Shown: positions 8,796 to 17,225 of the stretch, one piece after another
How positions within the stretch are numbered: position 1 is the first letter of the stretch
Layout of the letters: the number at the start of each line of letters is the position of its first letter
Assembly: GCA_900128395.1 (NCBI GenBank)
Contig: LT649351.1
Coordinates: 1-34,154 of the forward strand
Length of the DNA stretch: 34,154 bases
Reading direction: 5' to 3'
Source: Stramenopiles sp. TOSAG23-2
Taxonomy: Eukaryota
Notes under the pieces: generated by a model
Seen by the model: only the letters and a program-made list of their open reading frames with translations
Database searches by the model: none
What the model was told of the DNA's origin: nothing
Made by a program: the position numbers and the translations under genes

Positions 8796-10796
8796 ATGTC
8801 ATCGAGACGACGTAAACCATTATATCCAAATGCATGGGGATCCGGTACAAAACCATTCGAAGCAACATATAAAGTATTTTCTGTTGGTTCCTGTGGAAGG
8901 GACGATTTAGAAGCTGGGGATAAAGTTATATTGCCAGAAGCAGCATTTCGTGAGGTATCTAGATTGCGTTTAGAGTTTCCATTAATGATGCATGTAAAAG
9001 GCGTTAAGAAAGCAGGACCACGTTCCCAGGCAAAAAAATATAATCAATTTTGCGGTGTGTTAGAGTTTAGTGCACCAGCTGGTGTTGCACATATGCCGTT
9101 ATGGATGATTAAAAGCTTAGGTTTACGTGAAGGTGGACGTGTTGCATTTAAGTCAGTTAAAAATCTACCAAAAGGTGAACTTGCTAAGTTTCAGCCTCAT
9201 CAAAAGGAATTTATTGATTTTGCAGCTGCGTTAGGAGTTAGAAACGTGTTAGAACTAGCAATGCAGCATTATTCAGCATTATCTGTTGGGCAAACAATTA
9301 TCATTCAATATGGTAGAGACAAATATGAACTGGATGTTGTTGAGTTACAACCTCGCAAATCGATATCTTTATATGGGACGGTAGATTTAAAAGTAGAATT
9401 TGCACCATGGGACGGGCCTCGTATTCTTGATTTACCACCTGCTGAAGATGAAGAGTCAATCGGTGAAAACGATCCAGTATTAAAACCTAGACAACCAAAT
9501 TCCAGAAAGCCAAGTAGTACTAGAAGACCTGTACGTAAAAATTCAAGGGAGGAACGACGTAGTAATAGTAATAATATTAAAAATAGCAATAGTAGGACAA
9601 CACCGACAAAAAATCGTAAAGCAAGCAATAACACCAGTGACCCTAAAAAAAGCAGTAGGACACCAGTTGGTGGGAGAACAAATAGTAGTCGACCAAGAGG
9701 AGGTGCAAATGGTATGAATTCTAAAGTAAGGCCAAAGAATGGATCTATGGCCAATAACAGCAGCAGAAAACCTTTAAATGAAACGACGAGTAGAACCAAT
9801 TCACGTAGTAACAATAACAATGCAAAAGAGAATAAAGCATGGGAGCAAGGAAACAATAACAATACACTGAAAAAATCAGAATCGTCTAATACATTAAATC
9901 GTAAAAATAAACTAGCAAAATTTAAGAAAAGAAATTTAGCTGGGTTAAAAACTGCTGGCAATGACAATGGCAGTACTGCTACAGCAACAAATGAAAAGAT
10001 GGCATCATCTACACCTCCTGCACCTGTATTGAAAAAAAATACAATGACAAGCGTTGACCCACCTACATCATCATCTACAAATACAAGTACTAGTAACAAC
10101 GACACATCAACTGAAAAAGAGCAACCTAAAATGGCTTTCGCAGGTACAGGTAATGTATTAAGTAGTGGGGCTAAAGTAGTTTCAACACCAAAACCAATTG
10201 TAGCTGCTACTACTAATAGTACCTCTAGTAGTAGTAGTAGTAATAATAATAATAATAATGATGTCAAAGATGATGAGGAAAAAGGTGAAACGGAGGCATT
10301 TGCTGGCAAAGGCAAAGTTCTTGGTGGTACTGTTTCTAAACCAGCAGCATCAGTGCCATGGGCTGATTTACATCGCCAACGCCATCAAAGACATATGGAA
10401 CGTAAAAAAAAAGAACAAGCTCAAAAAGAAAAAGAAGAAGCTGAAAAACGCCAAAAGGAGCAAGCACATTTTGCAAAAATAAAAGAAACACTACAAGCGG
10501 AAGCACGTGAACGTGAACTTGCTGCTGCGGAGAAAAAAGCTTTACTTGATGCTCAACGGGCTGAGTTAGAGAGTAAAGTAGAAGATAAATTGATTCGTGA
10601 CCAATTGATTAAAAAGAAAAGAGAGGAAAGAATTGCAAAAAAAAAACAATTAGCACAAGAAAAGAAAGACGCTGAATTGGCAAAACAACTGCAAGAGGAA
10701 ATGGAAGGTGGTAGGGCGAAATCACCTGTCGCTGTTGGTAGTGCAGCACGTGCTGTTAGGAAATCCAAAAAAACAGCACCCAAGAGATTTAAATAA
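8796..10796 (+). CDS. UFD1: UFD1-family (ubiquitin fusion degradation, p97/Cdc48 cofactor) protein with long disordered extension, 666 aa
   Basis: The N-terminal ~200 aa show UFD1 motifs GDKVILP, FPLM, CGVLEFSAPAG..HMPLWM, LPKG..AKFQP, VLE...YSALSVG and DLKVEFAP. Two SHP boxes follow (FAGTGNVL, FAGKGKVL). It may be a paralogue rather than the orthologue. Confidence 0.85.
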   Translation: MSSRRRKPLYPNAWGSGTKPFEATYKVFSVGSCGRDDLEAGDKVILPEAAFREVSRLRLEFPLMMHVKGVKKAGPRSQAKKYNQFCGVLEFSAPAGVAHMPLWMIKSLGLREGGRVAFKSVKNLPKGELAKFQPHQKEFIDFAAALGVRNVLELAMQHYSALSVGQTIIIQYGRDKYELDVVELQPRKSISLYGTVDLKVEFAPWDGPRILDLPPAEDEESIGENDPVLKPRQPNSRKPSSTRRPVRKNSREERRSNSNNIKNSNSRTTPTKNRKASNNTSDPKKSSRTPVGGRTNSSRPRGGANGMNSKVRPKNGSMANNSSRKPLNETTSRTNSRSNNNNAKENKAWEQGNNNNTLKKSESSNTLNRKNKLAKFKKRNLAGLKTAGNDNGSTATATNEKMASSTPPAPVLKKNTMTSVDPPTSSSTNTSTSNNDTSTEKEQPKMAFAGTGNVLSSGAKVVSTPKPIVAATTNSTSSSSSSNNNNNNDVKDDEEKGETEAFAGKGKVLGGTVSKPAASVPWADLHRQRHQRHMERKKKEQAQKEKEEAEKRQKEQAHFAKIKETLQAEARERELAAAEKKALLDAQRAELESKVEDKLIRDQLIKKKREERIAKKKQLAQEKKDAELAKQLQEEMEGGRAKSPVAVGSAARAVRKSKKTAPKRFK

Positions 10797-11634
10797 AAAA
10801 AAGAGCAGAAAAATTTATTATTATTTTAAAGTAAAAGAAAAACGTGTGAGAAGAAGAAAGTTAATCGCACGGCGGGGGATATACGTTCCGTATAAAAATT
10901 AAAAAGAGAGAATAAGGATAGATATGTATATGCATAAAATGATATGATATTTATATATGGTATCATATTTTATCGTGTAGTTATATAAAAATTTTACACT
11001 TCTCGTGTTAAGTAAAATATGCTCAATACTCAATCGCAAAGAATAATATCATATCATACATATCATATCCTACTATTTTTTTTTGCATAATGATACGTAT
11101 ATACTTCGTATCATGCACGTAGTAAATTTTCTATTATAAAACAGTACACCCATGTACGTTCTATGCGTTCTTTAATTGCATTCCAATACGTCTCCTTGTT
11201 TTAATTTCATTTTACATATCTGTATCATAGTTCTCATTTTTTTATATAATTTATTTATTTATTCTTTTTATTATTTATTTTATTATTAATTTTTGTATTT
11301 GATTTATTTTCTTTTCTTTTATTTAATTGTTCTTCTCTTTTCATGTTTCAAATCTTTTACACTATTTATTATTATCTGTATATATATATATATATATATA
11401 TACGTTTACCTAATTTCTTTTCTCTCTTTTTAGGTTTGTTTGTTATATTAAATTAAATGTTTCGCATTTCTATTTTCTTCAATATCTTTTTACTAATTCT
11501 TTAATTACATTTAATTATCTTTTTCATTTTTCATCATTTTCTCTGATCGAATCCTATTCCTTTATATTTTATTATTCAGGTAAAAGTCCCATCATGCAAT
11601 AAAATTTGTGATGTGTACAAGTCACACGATCACT

Positions 11635-14337
11635 TTACATAATTTGTTGGAACCCACTGCCACTCTGTTGCTCAATTCTAGCCAAGATGTGACGCGCATA
11701 TGTGCTCTTCTTTAAATAGAAAGCATGTTCACTAACAACAGAGTATACTTCATCCTTTTGATCCCTTGTACAACAATCCAACATCTTTTGAACAACAAAA
11801 TTTGCATATGGATCACGCATCATACATACAATAGCAGGTTTTTCACCAATTGAACTTTCTACTGTGACATTTTCCCTTAATATATTCTCTATTAACATAT
11901 GTTTTTCTTGGTTTGGTGCATTCTTTAAACATTGTTCGACTAGATGGCTTGCAAATTTGTGCATACTGTACCTAACGACATTGGTACGAACGTAAGTACA
12001 AGCAGCGGCACGCTGATCTTCTGAGCCATGCTGCAATACATATTGCAAAACGAAGTTACCATGACGATTAAATGCAAGCTCTTCAAATTTTTGGACAAGT
12101 TTCAAAGAAATATCATCAATCATACGAACAAATTCACCAGTACCAACACTTGATCGTGGATCATGACGCACTTCGGAACATGTGGCAATACAACGTTGTA
12201 ACAAATGACACCCATATTGATGTTTAGCAAGGGACATGATGTTTGTTCTGGCCAATGCATGTGCAATGAACATGACTTTGTCACATGGCATGAAACGTAA
12301 ACATTTTTGCAATACATGTGTAGCATTGCTATCACATGCGCATGCAGGAATCTGATTTTTCAATTCGTTTTCAAGCATTGTCACTAAATGCTCGTGATCT
12401 GAATATTCAATCGCTGCTTGCAACACACGACAACCATTCACATTTTGTGCTAGTAACAATATATTTCCACGCATAGCTTCTGTCATGCCACGACATAATT
12501 CTACGCTACATTCCTCATACATCTTTTTCACGACATAATTGCCGCATTTGTTCAACATCAATTCCACTCCTTGGCCTACAATTTCAGAGTAAATAATGTC
12601 CATTTCATCTTTATCAGCAACTTCTATTCTGTGTTGTAAAAAGCGCGTTGCACGTCGATCTCTGGCAAACATTGCAATATGACCTTTGATTTCATCAATG
12701 GTCCATTCTCTACCAGATTTATCCATTTTGAATTTGTCTAAAACAGTTGATCCACCATTTAACGAATTAGGCGAGGAGTTGTAATCTTCACGTTCGCGCT
12801 CTAAACGATCCATACGGTCCATGCCGCTGTTGCTCCTTGGAGAATCCATATTGTGATGGCGACCATTACGTCGATCATTATGGCCATTTGAATGTCGATA
12901 ACTGTTGTTCCCAGGACTGCCGCCAGGACTTGAGCCATTCCTACGATCGTCGTATTTATTGTTGCGACGATTTCTTCCACGGCGTTGCGTTTGAAATTCA
13001 AACGAATCTGACCTATCACCCTTACCATGATTGTTATAATGATTGTTGCTGTGTCTTGAACTTCGTTGCGTCTCCCAACCGCCTGGCGTCCTTGAGTTGC
13101 GCGTATCACCTCTCCCACCTGGTGGTGTGCGCGGCGCTTGTTGGTGATGGTTGTTTACATTGTTACCATTGCCCCATGCTCCTTGCTGCCTTCCATTGCG
13201 TCTTGGTGGAGTATATGCATTTGGGCTGCTGTTATTTTTATTCACATTATGTTGCGTTGCAATTGGTGAACTTGGTGTTGCAAAATTCATTTTATTCCCA
13301 TCCGTTCCAAGCAATGGTTTCCTTTGCGATTGTACAGGCGATACTGAAGGAAATGGCGCTGCATTTTGCTGCCGTTGTTGTTGTTGTTGTCGTTGCTGCT
13401 GCTGCGTTTGCGGATAGGATGACGCTAAATTATTGTTATTACCACCATTGTTATTGTACGATGACTTCAAATTTAGCGTTAAGCCATGATTGCCATTATT
13501 ACTATTATTGTTAACATTGTTGTTTCCTGGCCATGCATTATTGTTGCTGTTGTTATTATTACCGTAAGAGCGATTATTTTGCTGCCCATTACCACGTCCT
13601 GGATAGCTATAACTCATCGGATTGCGATTGTTGTTATTGTTATTAACGTTTTGTTCTGGATTTCTTTGCGTTATTCTTAAAAGTTCTTGTTGTGCATTAG
13701 CACCACCACTGTTGAAAAAATTATTATTCTCTATTGTATTAGCAGAGGAACCATTATTCCCACGCCATGCATTGTTTGTGACATTGTTTAATGTGCTATT
13801 GCCACGAACGTTTGCATTTCGTTGACCACCATATGCATTATTATTCCCTTGTTGTTGCTGCTGTTGATAAAACATTTGCGTCAAATCCGATTGGTCCGAT
13901 CTTCCATCTGAACCATCACCTCTATTATTAGGGTTCAAACCACTACTTAAACCAACTGGTGAAGTATTTAAAAACGAATTCTCAAAAACAATTGGCGAGG
14001 ATGATGGTGCTCTATATCCGGACGATGTTAATGACGGTGGAGTTGATGATAACGGCGCTTGGTCTTCTTGAAAATTATTGCGACTAGCATTACTTTTATT
14101 CACTGGTGGATATGACGCATAATTATCTACAATACCAAGGGAACGTGTAAATTCTTGATTTAAAATATTCATATTAGTTGTATCATCATTTACAGTACTA
14201 TTCGGTGGTGTAGCAGATGCATTGTTATTATAGTCATAATTTGGTAAATTGGTGCTGCTTGTAGTGTCATTTGCGCTGCCATAGCCTGGCGGTGCAGATC
14301 TTTTCTGTTGTTGTTGGTTTTGTGCTGCTAAATACAT
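11635..14337 (-). CDS. Pumilio/PUF RNA-binding protein, ~900 aa, N/Q-rich N-terminus and eight C-terminal PUF repeats
   Basis: Eight repeats are visible (ATRFLQ, GNYVVK, GCRVLQ, ATHVLQ, GCHLLQ, GNFVLQ, HKFASHLVE, DPYANFVVQ), followed by the YARHILARI cap. The first ATG is at 14337; the ORF track start at 14340 is a GTG. Confidence 0.93.
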   Translation of the reverse strand: MYLAAQNQQQQKRSAPPGYGSANDTTSSTNLPNYDYNNNASATPPNSTVNDDTTNMNILNQEFTRSLGIVDNYASYPPVNKSNASRNNFQEDQAPLSSTPPSLTSSGYRAPSSSPIVFENSFLNTSPVGLSSGLNPNNRGDGSDGRSDQSDLTQMFYQQQQQQGNNNAYGGQRNANVRGNSTLNNVTNNAWRGNNGSSANTIENNNFFNSGGANAQQELLRITQRNPEQNVNNNNNNRNPMSYSYPGRGNGQQNNRSYGNNNNSNNNAWPGNNNVNNNSNNGNHGLTLNLKSSYNNNGGNNNNLASSYPQTQQQQRQQQQQRQQNAAPFPSVSPVQSQRKPLLGTDGNKMNFATPSSPIATQHNVNKNNSSPNAYTPPRRNGRQQGAWGNGNNVNNHHQQAPRTPPGGRGDTRNSRTPGGWETQRSSRHSNNHYNNHGKGDRSDSFEFQTQRRGRNRRNNKYDDRRNGSSPGGSPGNNSYRHSNGHNDRRNGRHHNMDSPRSNSGMDRMDRLEREREDYNSSPNSLNGGSTVLDKFKMDKSGREWTIDEIKGHIAMFARDRRATRFLQHRIEVADKDEMDIIYSEIVGQGVELMLNKCGNYVVKKMYEECSVELCRGMTEAMRGNILLLAQNVNGCRVLQAAIEYSDHEHLVTMLENELKNQIPACACDSNATHVLQKCLRFMPCDKVMFIAHALARTNIMSLAKHQYGCHLLQRCIATCSEVRHDPRSSVGTGEFVRMIDDISLKLVQKFEELAFNRHGNFVLQYVLQHGSEDQRAAACTYVRTNVVRYSMHKFASHLVEQCLKNAPNQEKHMLIENILRENVTVESSIGEKPAIVCMMRDPYANFVVQKMLDCCTRDQKDEVYSVVSEHAFYLKKSTYARHILARIEQQSGSGFQQIM

Positions 14338-15422
14338 CACAAAAGGTTACAATTTCTTTGCACGGAAGGGAAGGGGGGGGGGGAAAGGGTATTTACTACT
14401 GTAAAATGAGGTAATTTTCAGTATAGTAAATATATATATGTAAATTCTATATCTTTTATCTAAATGATATATCTTTACAAATGTATATATATATACGTAT
14501 ATATGTGTATTTGTGTCTGTACTAAGTATCTGATATCTTTTAATTTACAAATGAGATATATCTATAAAATGTATACAAGTCTATTTACGTATATGTATAT
14601 CTAATTATGAAGAAGGTCGATCGAAAGATAAGAACCCAGGTATATATTATAAAATAGTAATAGTATTCCCATTGTATTCCAGTATTCACAACTCTTCATT
14701 CTGTAAAATAGATGTACATATAGATGGGTCGGTGGAAAGTAATAATGCTATTTCCATCTTAAATTTATAAAATCTTTTTTCAGCAATTTGTTGCAATCCA
14801 GGCAATCTGGCATATCTATATAAATTACAATGGAATAGTATTATATTGATTTTATTGGATCTAAAATATATAACTTGATCACCAAAAAAAAAGATTTTAG
14901 ATAGGAACAGCATTGTAGCCACACCCTTCGCTTTTTCCAGCCTTTAAAAATTTTACCTTCTTTCCGCGCGAAATGTATATCATATATTGTATAGTCTATT
15001 TAGTAGATTACATCCTTTAATCTCCTATTATAGCAACATTATAGTTACCTTCAATTGAAAAAATGAAAAATCTGGGGTTATTGTGCTCCCAGGGTGCTAT
15101 TCTAGTTATAGATCCATTTTTCCTTTTGTCGATTTCTTTGTTGTTGCTTTATAATATAGTGCTACTGTAGTTACTGTACATGTATTATTTCAATTGTTGT
15201 GCACTCTGGCACTTGTTGTGATATACTAAGCTAATTATTCAAAAATTTTCATATCATCAAAAAATATCCAATAATAAAATAATAGCAACACAGGTTAGCA
15301 GTTAGCTATGTGGTTATAGTATGTACTAGCTCTAGTACCACAGAATAATACCTGTGGTCTGTGGTACAGTAATTGTTATAATATTATGCTTATAGACTAG
15401 CAACACTATACTACATATGTAC

Positions 15423-15457
15423 TAATAATAATAATAATAATAACAATAATAATAATA
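15423..15457. repeat. (TAA)n microsatellite with one interruption, upstream of the COG1-like gene (mirror 18698..18732)
   Basis: TAATAATAATAATAATAATAACAATAATAATAATA read directly. Confidence 0.9.
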
Positions 15458-15672
15458 GATTAATAAAAATATATATATTATTTATCACATTAATTATTGC
15501 ACTAATGCACTAATATACAGTATAATATATAATAATAAACATTAATCACATTATACATAAATAATAAATATAATACTATATACACAATTGACAAAAAAAG
15601 TAAATAAAACCCAACTGTCAATACGTACATAAACATCGAGAAATTTTACATATAACACCACAACCAAACACT

Positions 15673-16929
15673 ATGCAATTCAATTCAATATCAGATTTAT
15701 ATTCAAAATTATCATTAAAAGAAGTCAAACGTGCATTGCAACAAACAGAAAGTAAAGCTAAAAATGCAAATGATAAATTAATGTCTTTGGTAGCAACGCG
15801 TTACCCAGATTTATTACAAGTTGCGGATATGGTAGATGATATGGCAGAATCACAAACAGAATCTATGGAAAATATCGTTTCAATACAAAATGCTTGTAGT
15901 CATATACCTAGCTTTAACATAAATGAAACACGTGAAATAATTAAAAAAAGACGTCGTAAAAAATTACTTGTAAAACAAAACCAAATAAAATCAGCACAAA
16001 TCATACAACAAATGTTTAGAATATACATTGCAAAAAAGACATTACACCAAGCCAAAATAAATAAATTGAAATTGATTGAATTGGAAAAAAAACAAAATGA
16101 AGCATCTAGCACATTAAGTAAAACATGGAAAATGTATAAATATAAAAAAAAAAAAAAATTAGAAAGCATACGAAAAGAAAAAACAAAATTAATTCAAAGT
16201 TTATTAAATCATTGGGTGAATGAAGAATCATGGACATATGATGATGATGCCTGGTTATGTCAACGTCCTATATCTACTAAAGAAATTGAAGATGGTGTCC
16301 AAGTTCATTTTCCATCATGCGCAAGTGCACGATTATTTGTTGCATTACATACTATGGTAACAACGTCTATTGGTAATGATGCTATTGATTTAATGCTTTA
16401 TTTTAATCAAATTATTGAAAAAACAACAAGTTCATTAGCACGTTATCAATTATTATTTGATATGAGGTTTGCTGGAATGGATGCAAAACATACTAGACAA
16501 ATTGTAGATTTACTGGATCCAATTGACCACACTTTAATGGATGGACTTGTGAATAAAGCAGTAAAGAATGCATTGAAGAAATCCAAACGGTTGTTATTAC
16601 TAGGACCCAATAACAACAACAATAATAAAAATAATATATTAAATCATGATAAATCCATGTACGATGATGATGATAATAATAATGGTAGTAGAGGAAGAAC
16701 ATTATCTACTGGTGAATTAAATAATGAAGAAGTAGATCAATTAACAAGAGCTATACCATGTCCCCGTTTTCCTATTGCTGCATTAAGGCAATTGCCATTG
16801 TCACAACGTAAGAAGAAATCAGGATCATTATCAACACCAACCTCATTAATACAACAAGCTCGACGAAAGACATCAGATAATAATAGAGCGAGTAATGAAA
16901 AAAATGCTAGTGGTGGATGGTGGTGGTGA
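15673..16929 (+). CDS. COG1: Compact COG1-like (Vps51/Vps67 N-terminal domain) tethering-complex subunit with IQ-like motifs, 418 aa
   Basis: The N-terminus L..LVATRYPDLLQVADMVDDM resembles the COG1 motif LR.MVG.RYRDL..AAD.I..M. The C-terminal QLLFDMRF...LDPID...RLLL resembles the COG1 C-terminal block. Recognised from memory of the family, not by a search. Confidence 0.65.
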   Translation: MQFNSISDLYSKLSLKEVKRALQQTESKAKNANDKLMSLVATRYPDLLQVADMVDDMAESQTESMENIVSIQNACSHIPSFNINETREIIKKRRRKKLLVKQNQIKSAQIIQQMFRIYIAKKTLHQAKINKLKLIELEKKQNEASSTLSKTWKMYKYKKKKKLESIRKEKTKLIQSLLNHWVNEESWTYDDDAWLCQRPISTKEIEDGVQVHFPSCASARLFVALHTMVTTSIGNDAIDLMLYFNQIIEKTTSSLARYQLLFDMRFAGMDAKHTRQIVDLLDPIDHTLMDGLVNKAVKNALKKSKRLLLLGPNNNNNNKNNILNHDKSMYDDDDNNNGSRGRTLSTGELNNEEVDQLTRAIPCPRFPIAALRQLPLSQRKKKSGSLSTPTSLIQQARRKTSDNNRASNEKNASGGWWW

Positions 16930-17225
16930 GAAAACAAACGAAGCTTTCGTATATTTTACGAGCGTAAAAATTTTATTATATTTTTACGTATATTAGTTTC
17001 TGCTGACACAACCCTATTAACAATTGTTTCTGCATTGATACAGTATATTAACAATGCGTATTCACACACATGTATATATATACATGTGTGTGAATACGCA
17101 TTGTTAATATACTGTATCAATGCAGAAACAATTGTTAATAGGGTTGTGTCAGCAGAAACTAATATACGTAAAAATATAATAAAATTTTTACGCTCGTAAA
17201 ATATACGAAAGCTTCGTTTGTTTTC

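Noticed and set aside
9305-10315. 336-aa Leu-rich antisense ORF (mirror 23840..24850)
   Set aside because: It is the shadow of the Asn/Ser/Lys-rich region of the UFD1 gene and has no independent domain signal.
10797-11634. Pumilio autoregulatory elements in the PUF 3' UTR
   Set aside because: Only scattered TGTA words, as expected by chance in AT-rich DNA. I saw no clear canonical TGTAHATA cluster on the sense strand.
12837-13514. 225-aa Cys/His/Tyr-rich antisense ORF (mirror 20641..21318) and other short ORFs overlapping the main genes
   Set aside because: These are opposite-strand or off-frame readings of low-complexity coding sequence, several with non-ATG starts.
14686-14922. 78-aa ORF upstream of the PUF gene, and similar short ORFs at 2280..2823 and 3372..3632
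   Set aside because: Mostly non-ATG starts, with Ile/Phe/Tyr-rich composition typical of translated AT-rich non-coding DNA.
324-16929. Ciliate-type alternative genetic code or prokaryotic origin
   Set aside because: Long ORFs are open in the standard code and end in TAA, TAG or TGA. Kinesin, PUF, UFD1 and a spliceosomal intron indicate a eukaryote.
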